From positions 2,912,001 to 2,976,000 of the forward strand of contig OZ251459.1 in assembly GCA_965242525.1 (NCBI GenBank): DNA of 64,000 nt, given 5' to 3'. The stretch is from an uncultured Candidatus Binatia bacterium. Lineage in GTDB: Bacteria > Desulfobacterota > Binatia > UBA9968 > JAJDTQ01. Shown one piece after another: positions 9,610 to 18,146 of the stretch (the first letter of the stretch is position 1; each line of letters begins with the position of its first letter). The position numbers were made by a program, and so were the translations under genes. A model generated the notes under the pieces. That model made no database searches, was not told the origin of the DNA, and saw nothing but the letters and a program-made list of their open reading frames with translations.

Positions 9610-9698
9610 GGAAACAGCCTTGGCTCATCAGGTTGAGCGTTGATCCCTGTCAGCCCGAAGTCCTGTATCAGACAATACAGGGCCCTCTCAAGATTGCC
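9606..9698 (-). pseudogene. 3' remnant of the gene normally upstream of DUF1828
   Basis: Frame NLERALYCLIQDFGLTGINAQPDEPRLFP* ends in a GTGA overlap with the DUF1828 start, but is cut upstream by TAG and has no start codon. Confidence 0.5.
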
Positions 9699-9723
9699 CT
9701 AGCCTTCCCGGGCCTGCACCACG

Positions 9724-11163
9724 TCATACAGGTCGAAATCCGTGATCGCCCTTGACCCAATGATACACGCATTTCCTTGTCTCGGACCGTCCGAACCTCC
9801 CCATCTGCTGGCTGGAGTTCCCCTTGCCGCGGGGCAGCACCCAGATGGCTTCGCATCGGAACCCGGATTGCTCGGCGAAGTCCGACAGGATCAGGTCCAC
9901 CGGCGCCTCTTGCCCGTGGTAGCGCACGTTGTCGTTGACCATGAAGACGTTGCCCCCGGACCGGACGACACGTCCCAACTCCTGTACGATGACGGCCATC
10001 TCCGTGAAGTAGTTCTCCAGCAGCGTAATGACGTTCCGGTTGCTCAACTCCGAAGCGTGGGCGCGCAGTACGGAAAGGACCTCCTGCAACGCGGCCTGTT
10101 GGTCCACCATGCGAAAGGTCCGGGCAAGCCGCGGCGCGCCCCCGTATGCGGCCCGAAGCGTCGCGCGCTTCGAGTGGTTCTCCACCGTGGCCGACAGAAG
10201 CGCTTGCCGCAACGCCTTGATGGCCGGCGCGTCGTGGCCGAGATAGACCAGTTCCAGCGCGTACGTCCTCGTGTAGTCGTACCGGTTCGCATACGGCGGA
10301 GAGGTGACCACGCAATCGAAACGGCCTTCGGGCAGTTTCCGCAACTCCGTCAGGCTCGAACCGGTAATGAACGTCGGAGCCGGCCCCGCGTACCGCGCCT
10401 TCAACAGGGAAAAGTCCTGCGCGATCTGCCGAAGTCGGACCGACAAGGCCGCGGAGAACGACGGCAGCGGTCCCTTGTCCAGTTTGGCCGATACGGTCCT
10501 GCCCGAGCGCGGGTCCCAACGCAGGAACTGCCCGTCCTTCCGGGTGTAGCTCACCTCTTCCAGCACGCTGAGACAGGCAAGGTTCAGGACCGCGGCAAGG
10601 CCGGGGTCCTGCGCTTGGGCCAGGAACTTCCGGGCGTTGGCAATCTCGCCTTCGGTGGACGGCGAAAAGGCGCCCCGGGTGATGGGGACGTGTGCGAGCG
10701 CGTACCGAAGGTCCGGCTCCTTACGGGAATTACGGGAAACGGCTCGAAGCAGGGCTTGGGAAGCGTTACGGAAGTCATGCGCCGACAACCCGTTCGCCGC
10801 ATGGACCACCGCCTGTGCGGCCAGGTTGCCCAAGGGCAGTATCTCGATGCCGGTTCCCTGGACTCCCAGGCCCATGGCCGTCAGCGCCGTAGTGCCAGCC
10901 CCCGAAAACGGGTCCAGGACCTCGGTTCCCTTGCCGGACTCGATGAGTTGTCGAGCCAAGTCGGTGGAGAACCCCTCTTTGTACTTCATCCACCGGAACC
11001 CCACCGACCCCTTGTTGCCCTGGTAGGACACGAGCTTGCGGGTCAAATAGGGGTTGACCCGCACCCGTCGGGCAAACCGCCGGTGCAGGTCCGCCCGGGC
11101 CTCCGTCAGGCCGTTGCCGGGGACGTAGGGAACGGGCACGCCGTCATCGAACAGGGTCCGCAT
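9724..11163 (-). CDS. Site-specific DNA methyltransferase, alpha-class N4-cytosine type (AvaI/BsoBI-like), orphan
   Basis: RWMKYKEGFS, motif I DPFSGAGTT, motif IV VTSPPY.NRYDY, C-terminal GKGNSSQQMG. Confidence 0.85.
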   Translation of the reverse strand: MRTLFDDGVPVPYVPGNGLTEARADLHRRFARRVRVNPYLTRKLVSYQGNKGSVGFRWMKYKEGFSTDLARQLIESGKGTEVLDPFSGAGTTALTAMGLGVQGTGIEILPLGNLAAQAVVHAANGLSAHDFRNASQALLRAVSRNSRKEPDLRYALAHVPITRGAFSPSTEGEIANARKFLAQAQDPGLAAVLNLACLSVLEEVSYTRKDGQFLRWDPRSGRTVSAKLDKGPLPSFSAALSVRLRQIAQDFSLLKARYAGPAPTFITGSSLTELRKLPEGRFDCVVTSPPYANRYDYTRTYALELVYLGHDAPAIKALRQALLSATVENHSKRATLRAAYGGAPRLARTFRMVDQQAALQEVLSVLRAHASELSNRNVITLLENYFTEMAVIVQELGRVVRSGGNVFMVNDNVRYHGQEAPVDLILSDFAEQSGFRCEAIWVLPRGKGNSSQQMGRFGRSETRKCVYHWVKGDHGFRPV

Positions 11164-11220
11164 GATCCACCCGCCAGAGTACCAACTTTCGATGCTCGTA
11201 GAAACCGAGGCGAGGCTTTC

Positions 11221-11332
11221 GGTATTTGACGGGATTCCGCCAATCGGGCAGCCCGTGCCTCGGGCAAACCAGGGAAGCCTTTTGAATCCAAATAGTTACA
11301 AGGATCTCGTTTATTTGACGGGTATTTGATGG
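11221..11332. other. AT-rich region with TATTTGACGG direct repeats (possible integrase arm-type or regulatory sites)
   Basis: GGTATTTGACGGG at 11221, TATTTGACGGG at 11312 and TATTTGATGG at 11323. Confidence 0.35.
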
Positions 11333-11408
11333 AACGCAACAGGGGCAACGTCGAAAAGTCCTTGTCGGGGCGCGGACGGCGAAGTCATGGAGGAGGTCGG
11401 CAGGCCCC

Positions 11409-12386
11409 TCACACGTCAATGAAAAGATCATGCAGGTCCGGCCTGCGCGAGATCAGGCCCTGGGCCATGGAGTAGTCCAGGAACTTGTCGAGGGCCTTCC
11501 GGTTGGCTTCGATGCCGTGGGGCCAGGGGTCGGAGCCGAGGATGGCGGCAGTGTCCTCCACGTATTCGGAGAACCAGGGGAGGACCCCGGACGACCGTAC
11601 CCGTTCGAGCCTCCGGTAAAAGGACTCCTTCTCCTTCCCCAGCACCCTCTCCAGCCTTCGCGCGATGCCGGGACCCTTCGCCAGATGCTCTTCCTTGAGG
11701 GCCAGGAGGTGCATGATCGGGATGACCCCGTGCTTGCGGTAGTACTCCCTTTCCCGTTCCACCGCGTCGGGGAAGAGGCAGCGCACGCTGCCAAGCGGCG
11801 CCGGCGGGCGGGTCAGGTGGGCGTAGATCACCGCGTCGAGCCTGCCTTCGAGCAACCAGTCGAAGAGCCTCGCCTCCTTGCCCACGTACTCCACCCGGTC
11901 GGCGACCTCGCGCGGCAGCCGGACCCGCTCCACCCGGCCCGTGAACCAGCGGACGGCCTCGGGTCTCACGCCGAAGTCCTCCTGGAGAAGGCCGCGGACC
12001 CACACCGCCGCGGTCATGTGGAAGTCCGGCGCCCCCACCCGCCGCCCTTCGAGTTGCTCACCGCTCACCAGAGGGCTGTCGGCTTTCACGAACAGCGCGG
12101 AATGGCGGAAGCGGCGGGAGGTAAAGATCGGCAAGGCCCGGTAGGCGCGCCAACCCTGTTCCCGCATCATCGTGTAGCTCGACAGGGACAACTCGGTGAC
12201 GTCGTAGCGCGGCGACCTGAGCACCTGCCGGAAGAGCTTGTTGGGCGGGTCCACATAGCGCCAACGGATGTCGAGGCCGTGGGCCTGGTGGCGTCCGCTG
12301 GTGATGGCGCCGAGGAACGGGTAGTCGTTGCTGGCGAAATCGAGCCGGAGTCGAAGGGGCGCCGCGCCTGCCTGCTTCTCAGCCAA
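11409..12386 (-). CDS. 4,5-dihydroxyphthalate decarboxylase-like / PBP2-fold protein
   Basis: DVTELSLSSY, LPIF.SR.FRHS, MTAAVWVRG.L, IPIMH, DPWP.G.EAN; TTG start with a GGAGG RBS. Confidence 0.8.
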   Translation of the reverse strand: MAEKQAGAAPLRLRLDFASNDYPFLGAITSGRHQAHGLDIRWRYVDPPNKLFRQVLRSPRYDVTELSLSSYTMMREQGWRAYRALPIFTSRRFRHSALFVKADSPLVSGEQLEGRRVGAPDFHMTAAVWVRGLLQEDFGVRPEAVRWFTGRVERVRLPREVADRVEYVGKEARLFDWLLEGRLDAVIYAHLTRPPAPLGSVRCLFPDAVEREREYYRKHGVIPIMHLLALKEEHLAKGPGIARRLERVLGKEKESFYRRLERVRSSGVLPWFSEYVEDTAAILGSDPWPHGIEANRKALDKFLDYSMAQGLISRRPDLHDLFIDV

Positions 12387-12431
12387 GCCTCCCTCCTCGA
12401 AGCCGGAGCCGGACCATCCGGAGCCGGAACC

Positions 12432-12677
12432 TCACGTGCGGCCCTTCTCCGCGAACTTCTGCACCGCCTTGGGCGCGAAGGCCGCGACCAGGAAGTACAG
12501 GACCAGTTCCGTCTTGCCTTCGCCGGACCCCAGGCCGAACGCTTCCACGAACGCCAGGGCCGCGGCGACCAGGAACGCCAGCATGGACATCAACCGCATG
12601 GACGACGGGTTTCCCTGGTCGTCCGTCATGAACCTCTTGCCTGCCCCATTGGCAGCGGAATTCGTGGTCTCGCTCAT
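12432..12677 (-). CDS. Small two-TM membrane protein, holin-like
   Basis: Strong GGAGG RBS; F.TDD.GNPSSMR followed by two TM segments and a basic tail (KAVQKFAEK). Confidence 0.6.
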   Translation of the reverse strand: MSETTNSAANGAGKRFMTDDQGNPSSMRLMSMLAFLVAAALAFVEAFGLGSGEGKTELVLYFLVAAFAPKAVQKFAEKGRT

Positions 12678-12743
12678 GGACTGCTCCTCCGATGGGTCCC
12701 GGTTGGGGTTCAACTACCACCTTCCTGGCGGATTTTGTACCTT

Positions 12744-12873
12744 GGGGGACCCTGAGCAATCCCGGAGGGAGGACACGTCCTTCGACTTCGCTTCGCTACG
12801 CTCAGGACGAACGGGGATGGGGAGCTCGGGACGAACAGGGACAGGGAGCTGAGGACGAACGGGGAACGGGAGG
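12744..12873. repeat. Partial MITE/REP copy with a tandemly triplicated GCTCAGGACGAACGGGGA segment
   Basis: GGGGACCCTGAGCAATC end, then the core repeat at 12775-12818 and two degenerate duplications. Confidence 0.8.
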
Positions 12874-12963
12874 TTTGCGGCGCGTGGCGCCGGGGGCGTT
12901 GACGCTTGCGGGGTCGCTGCTGCATAGTAACGGGGCATGCCGCGGGACCGGAGGTAGTATCCA

Positions 12964-13926
12964 GTGGCGAAACGAAGCCTGCAGGTCATACTCGCCCAGC
13001 CGAGGGGTTTTTGCGCCGGCGTCGTCCGGGCGGTGGACATCGTCGAGCGCGCGATCCGGGTCCATGGCGCGCCGGTTTATGTGCGGCACGAGATCGTCCA
13101 CAACAAGCACGTGGTGGACGCCCTGCGCGACAAGGGCGCGCGCTTCGTGGAGGAGGTCTCGGACATCCCCGAGGGCGCGGTGACGGTGTTCAGCGCCCAC
13201 GGCGTCTCCCGGAAGGTGGAGGACTCCGCGGACGGGCGCGGCCTGCGCGTCATCGACGCCACCTGTCCGTTGGTGACCAAGGTCCACGTGGAGGCGCAAC
13301 GCTACGCCCGGCAGGGTTGCGAGATCGTCCTCATCGGACACGCCGGACACCCGGAAGTCGAGGGGACCATGGGGCAGGTGTCGGGTACCGTCCACCTGGT
13401 TTCCGATGTGGCCGACGTGGCGGCGCTGGAACCGGCCGACCCGGCGAAGCTGGCCTACGTGACCCAGACGACCCTCAGCGTGGACGACACCCGCGAGATC
13501 ATCGCCGCGCTCAGGTCCCGTTTCCCGGAGGTCCGCGGCCCGGACGTGAAGGACATCTGCTACGCGACCCAGAACCGGCAGACCGCGGTGCGGCTGCTGG
13601 CGGCCCGGTCCGACGTGGTCCTGGTCATCGGCGCCGACTACAGTTCGAACTCGAACCGGCTCCGGGAGATCGGCGAAGAGACCGGGACCGACGCCTACCT
13701 CATCCCCGACGCCGGGAGCCTGGAGCCGGCCTGGCTGGACGGCGCACGGACCGTGGGCGTCACCGCGGGCGCGTCCGCGCCCGAAGAGTTGGTCCAAGGG
13801 CTGGTGGACCGGCTGCGTGAGACTTTCGACGTCAGCTTGACGATCCTCGACGGCGTCGAAGAGAACGTCGCCTTCAAGCTGCCGCAAGAGCTTCGCGGCG
13901 CCGAAGAACCGGCCGGAGACCCCTGA
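12964..13926 (+). CDS. ispH: 4-hydroxy-3-methylbut-2-enyl diphosphate reductase
   Basis: [50 protein letters not shown]. Confidence 0.98.
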   Translation: MAKRSLQVILAQPRGFCAGVVRAVDIVERAIRVHGAPVYVRHEIVHNKHVVDALRDKGARFVEEVSDIPEGAVTVFSAHGVSRKVEDSADGRGLRVIDATCPLVTKVHVEAQRYARQGCEIVLIGHAGHPEVEGTMGQVSGTVHLVSDVADVAALEPADPAKLAYVTQTTLSVDDTREIIAALRSRFPEVRGPDVKDICYATQNRQTAVRLLAARSDVVLVIGADYSSNSNRLREIGEETGTDAYLIPDAGSLEPAWLDGARTVGVTAGASAPEELVQGLVDRLRETFDVSLTILDGVEENVAFKLPQELRGAEEPAGDP

Positions 13927-13992
13927 ACCATAGGGATAGGAAGCGGAGCGCGCCCTTCGACTTCGCTTCGCTACGCTCAGGACGAACGGGGA
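13915..13992. repeat. Partial MITE/REP copy overlapping the ispH stop codon
   Basis: GGAGACCCCTGAACCATAGGGA...GCGCGCCCTTCGACTTCGCTTCGCTACGCTCAGGACGAACGGGG. Confidence 0.75.
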
Positions 13993-14042
13993 CAAATTGT
14001 TGGCGCTTCAGGAATTCGTGTGGGTTGTGACACTCCCTGTCT

Positions 14043-14092
14043 CGTTATCCCCGGGAATGACGAGGGGGTGGGCGTCTGCGGAGCAATGACGG
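14043..14092. repeat. Degenerate GTCATTCCC/GGGAATGAC repeat units
   Basis: CGGGAATGACG...GTGGGCGTCTGCGGAGCAATGAC matches the inverse of 45916-45960. Confidence 0.65.
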
Positions 14093-14156
14093 CGTGGTCC
14101 CTGTCGCTCCCCTTTCCCTCCTACCTTACTCCTGCCTTACCCACACAAGGGTTTCC

Positions 14157-16088
14157 TCATGCCGGGCTGAGGCCCACGTGTTCTCCGGGCAGCGACTCGC
14201 TGCCGGGGCGGTGGGACAGCAACCGCAGGGCCTGTTGGAAGATCCCGTCCGCGCTCAGGCCGTAGTTCTTGCGCAGGAGGTCCTGGGGACCCTGTTCGAT
14301 GAAGCGATCGGGCAGCCCCATGCAGCGGACGGGCAGGTTCACGATGCCTTCCCCGGCCAGCAGCTCCAGGACCGCGGACCCGAACCCGCCCATGGCCGAG
14401 GCTTCCTCCACGGTGAGCAGGCATTTCACTTGCCGCGCCACCTCGCCGATCAGGGCGGCGTCGAGGGGCTTGACGAACCTCGCGTTGACCACCGCGGCGG
14501 AAACCCCCTCCCGCTCCAGCCGCTCGGCCGCGGCCACGGCCTGGTGGACGGTGACGCCGATGGCCACCAGGGCGATGTCCGCGCCTTCCCGCAACAGCTC
14601 GCCCTTGCCCAGGGGCAACGCCTGCGGCGTCGGGTCCATGTCCACCCCGAGGCCCGACCCCCGGGGATAGCGGACCGCGGCGGGCCGGTCGTAGCCGACG
14701 CACGACTTGACCATGTGCTGCAGCTCGTTCTCGTCCCTGGGGGCCATGACCACCATGTTGGGCACGTGCCGGAGGTAGGCGAAATCGAACGCCCCGTGGT
14801 GCGTGGTCCCGTCCTCGGCAACGAGTCCGCCGCGGTCGATGCAGAGAGTCACCGGAAGGTTCTGGGTGGCCACGTCGTGCACCACCTGGTCGTAGGCCCG
14901 TTGCAGGAACGTGGAGTAGATGGGGATGACCGGCCTCATGCCCTGTGCGGCCATGCCCGCGGCGAAGGTCACCGCGTGCTGTTCGGCGATGCCCACGTCG
15001 TAGAACCGCTCCGGGAACACCTTCTCGAAGGCGGACAGCCCCGTCCCCTCCGACATGGCCGCGGTGATGGCCACGATGCGCGGGTCTTCCCCCGCCATTC
15101 GGACGAGGGTGTTGACCGCGACGCTGCTGTAGGAAGGCCGGGCGGGCCTTCGCTTGGGGCGGCCCGTGTCGCGCTCGAAGGGGGAGCTCGCGTGGAACCA
15201 CACGGGGTCGGCCATGGCGGGTCCGTAGCCCAGCCCCTTCTTCGTCACCACGTGCAACAGGGTCGGACCTTCCATGCCGAGCACGTTCTCCAGGGTCGGC
15301 AACAGGTGGTCGAAGTTGTGGCCGTCGATGGGGCCGAAGTACCGGAAACCCAGTTCCTCGAACAGCAACCCGGGCAGCACGGTCCCCTTGGCCAACGCCC
15401 GGGCCCGACTGGCCATCCTCTGCATCTGGCCGCCGATGCGGGGCATCTTGCCCAGCGCCCACCGGGTCTCCCCGGTCACCCGGTCGAAGAGCCTGCCCGT
15501 GATGATCCGGTTCAGGTAGGCCGAGACGGCGCCCACGTTCCGGGAGATGGACATCTGGTTGTCGTTCAGCAGCACCAGCAGGTTCTTCCCCGAACTCCCC
15601 GCCTGCTGGAGCCCCTCCATGGTCAGGCCGGAGGTCAACGCCCCGTCGCCCACGACGCAGACGACCTTGTGGGTCTGCCCCCGGTTCTCCCGGGCCTCCA
15701 CGAACCCCACCGCGGCCGAAACGCCGGTGCCCGCGTGCCCCGCGTCGAAGGTGTCGTACCCGCTCTCCTCGCGCTTGCAGAACCCGCTCAACCCGCCGAA
15801 CCGCCGAAGGGTATGGAACTGCTCCTGGCGCCCGGTCAACAGCTTGTGGGCGTAGGACTGGTTGCCGGTGTCCCAGACGATCAGGTCCCTGGGGGTGTCC
15901 AGCAGGTAGTGGAGGGCCACCGTCAACTCGACCACGCCGAGGTTGGAGGCCAAGTGCCCGCCCACGTCGGACAGGACCGTGAGGATGCGGTCGCGGATTT
16001 CCTCGCAAAGCTGCGGGAACTGCTCCGGCGGCAACTTCTTGAGGTCGGCCGGGGAGGCGATGGTCTTCAGGATGGACATGACATGCAA
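14157..16088 (-). CDS. dxs: 1-deoxy-D-xylulose-5-phosphate synthase
   Basis: GGHLASNLG, GHAGT, GDGA...LNDN, Y.GPIDGH, DVGIAEQHAV, YSTFLQRAYDQ. Confidence 0.98.
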   Translation of the reverse strand: MHVMSILKTIASPADLKKLPPEQFPQLCEEIRDRILTVLSDVGGHLASNLGVVELTVALHYLLDTPRDLIVWDTGNQSYAHKLLTGRQEQFHTLRRFGGLSGFCKREESGYDTFDAGHAGTGVSAAVGFVEARENRGQTHKVVCVVGDGALTSGLTMEGLQQAGSSGKNLLVLLNDNQMSISRNVGAVSAYLNRIITGRLFDRVTGETRWALGKMPRIGGQMQRMASRARALAKGTVLPGLLFEELGFRYFGPIDGHNFDHLLPTLENVLGMEGPTLLHVVTKKGLGYGPAMADPVWFHASSPFERDTGRPKRRPARPSYSSVAVNTLVRMAGEDPRIVAITAAMSEGTGLSAFEKVFPERFYDVGIAEQHAVTFAAGMAAQGMRPVIPIYSTFLQRAYDQVVHDVATQNLPVTLCIDRGGLVAEDGTTHHGAFDFAYLRHVPNMVVMAPRDENELQHMVKSCVGYDRPAAVRYPRGSGLGVDMDPTPQALPLGKGELLREGADIALVAIGVTVHQAVAAAERLEREGVSAAVVNARFVKPLDAALIGEVARQVKCLLTVEEASAMGGFGSAVLELLAGEGIVNLPVRCMGLPDRFIEQGPQDLLRKNYGLSADGIFQQALRLLSHRPGSESLPGEHVGLSPA

Positions 16089-16220
16089 TAGGGCTGATTA
16101 CACTTGGCAAGTCAAGAGGACCCGGACCCCCCGCCGGACAAGGGAAGGACCTCGTTGGCGCCCGCGAAGGAGCGGGCTGATCCGGGAAGAACGGCGGCAG
16201 CGGGCGCAGGGCTTTCGCAA

Positions 16221-16256
16221 GCCTCGTCCCTGCCGTGCGGCTTGCAGGGACGAGGC
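16221..16256. terminator. Perfect 13-bp-stem hairpin downstream of the NHLP gene
   Basis: GCCTCGTCCCTGC-N10-GCAGGGACGAGGC; no clear U tract. Confidence 0.45.
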
Positions 16257-16340
16257 CGCAAATCGTGGACTCTGCCGTCTCGACCGCGGGACACGGACTC
16301 GACATCGCGAGCCCGCAAGACCGCTAAGCGGCCGGCAGGA

Positions 16341-16637
16341 TTACCAAGTCGAGGGAAAGAAAAATTTCCACACGCCGCTACCGTCGTCGACCATCGTCAC
16401 GGAACCGCCGGCGACCGCCTGCAGATCGTCTTCGTTCAGTTTGCTGTCGGGGGGAAGGATCAGGTGCACGGTCGTGGCGGTCTGTTCGTGGACCTCGACC
16501 GACATGGACTCCGGAACCCTGACGCCCAGCGCCTGCTCGACGGCTCCCTTCGGATCGCTGAGCAGCCGGGCGCGAAAATCCGCATCCTGGTCCGCCTTGC
16601 CGATGATCTTCTCCTGCATTTCCCTTACGGTTTCCAT
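16341..16637 (-). CDS. NHLP (nitrile hydratase-like leader) RiPP precursor, proteusin type
   Basis: II.KA..DADFRARLLSDPK.A...V.VHE.T....HL.LP...L.EDDL.AVAGG leader; 20-aa core SVTMVDDGSGVWKFFFPSTW; GGAGGAG RBS. Confidence 0.92.
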   Translation of the reverse strand: METVREMQEKIIGKADQDADFRARLLSDPKGAVEQALGVRVPESMSVEVHEQTATTVHLILPPDSKLNEDDLQAVAGGSVTMVDDGSGVWKFFFPSTW

Positions 16638-16689
16638 AGGTTACTCCTCCTTCAGAGCCGGTTTTCAGGTACACCGCACGACTACGCGC

Positions 16690-16718
16690 AACCTATGATA
16701 CCGATTGGACCATGTCAA
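16690..16718 (-). promoter_or_regulatory. Sigma70-like promoter of the NHLP gene
   Basis: TTGACA-N17-TAGGTT on the minus strand. Confidence 0.5.
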
Positions 16719-17012
16719 GACCCAATGCACGAAAAATACGGTTGTCAGGGATTTTCGGGGAAAGCGCCCACGCCCGCCGTCCGTGCGTGATCGCCCGGTC
16801 CCCGCACGCTCCAGCGAGGTCCCCTCTTGCCGGGCGGCGGCTTCGGGGCGCGCAGAGGCTCCCCGGTCTTGACCCGCGGCGCCGCGGGACGCTATACAGG
16901 GTTCCTGTTCCCGGGCCGGGCGCGAAGCCGGCCCGTTTTCGTTGCCCGGACGTCGGGGGCCTGCGCCACCGGCGTTTCCGACCACGTCCATTCCAATCCA
17001 AGGAGCGATTCC

Positions 17013-18143
17013 ATGGGAGAAGACATCAGCGGCGCCGTAGCGGAGAAGACCAAGTTCACCTATGACCACTGGATGGAGTCCCTGGGTATCCCGATCCACA
17101 CGGGGTACTTCATCGGCGACCTGCGCACCTGCGACCTCGAATGGTGGGAGGCCCGCAAGTGCAAGGCGGCCTTCATGCAGCTCATGGGGCAGGAGGGCGT
17201 CACCGGGGCATGGATCCAGGAGGTCGCCCCCGGAGAGTCCACGCCGCCGGTGAGGTTCGCCCTCGACGAGGTGGTCTATGTGGTGGGGGGCCGGGGCACC
17301 ACCACCGTATGGCGGGACGACGACGGCGCGAAGAAGACCTTCGAGTGGCAGAACAACAGCATGTTCATCGTGCCCCGCAACTACCACTACGCCATCAACA
17401 ACATGCAGGGGGACAAGGTGGTCCGCCTGCTGCACTACAACTACCTGCCCCTGGCCATGTCCGCGGTGGGAGACCCGGACTTCTTCTTCGACAACCCCTT
17501 CGCCGGGCAGGACGTGATCGCCTCCGAGGACGGCGAGTTCTATTCCGAGGCCAAGATGGTCACGGATTCGGGCAAGTGGAACGTGTGGAACCGGCGCGTC
17601 TATTGGTACGGGAACTTCTTCCCGGACATGCGCGCCTGGGACAAGCTGGACGAGAACAAGCGGCGGGGGGCCGGGGGCCACAGCGTGTTCATCGAGTTCC
17701 CCAACTCGGAGCTCTCCTGCCACATGTCCGTGTTCGCGGCGCGCACCTACAAGAAGGCGCACCGGCACGGCCCCGGGCGGGTCATCGTCATCCCCGCGGG
17801 CGAAGGCTACTCGATCCTGTGGGAGGAGGGGAAGGAGAAGATCGTGGTGCCGTGGCGCGAGGCCAGCGTGTTCGTGCCGCCCAACAAGTGGTTCCACCAG
17901 CACTTCAACGCCGGCGCCACGCCCGCGCGGTACCTGGCCTTCCACCCGCCCATGCAGTTCCACGGCTACGCGGAGAAGGTCGAGGACCGGGCCAAGGACC
18001 AGATCGAGTACCCGGACGAGGACCCCTTCGTCCGGCAGAAGTTCGAGGAGGAGTTGGCCAAGCGGGGCACCACCAGCCTGATGCACGAGGAAGCCTACAC
18101 CAACTACGACTACGAGTGGTCCAAGGGGATGGGAAAACAGTAG
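17013..18143 (+). CDS. Bicupin protein (gentisate dioxygenase-like fold)
   Basis: Two cupin repeats; the C-terminal one has AHRHGPG...GEGYS...WFHQH; AAGGAG RBS before ATG 17013. Confidence 0.85.
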   Translation: MGEDISGAVAEKTKFTYDHWMESLGIPIHTGYFIGDLRTCDLEWWEARKCKAAFMQLMGQEGVTGAWIQEVAPGESTPPVRFALDEVVYVVGGRGTTTVWRDDDGAKKTFEWQNNSMFIVPRNYHYAINNMQGDKVVRLLHYNYLPLAMSAVGDPDFFFDNPFAGQDVIASEDGEFYSEAKMVTDSGKWNVWNRRVYWYGNFFPDMRAWDKLDENKRRGAGGHSVFIEFPNSELSCHMSVFAARTYKKAHRHGPGRVIVIPAGEGYSILWEEGKEKIVVPWREASVFVPPNKWFHQHFNAGATPARYLAFHPPMQFHGYAEKVEDRAKDQIEYPDEDPFVRQKFEEELAKRGTTSLMHEEAYTNYDYEWSKGMGKQ

Positions 18144-18146
18144 GCC

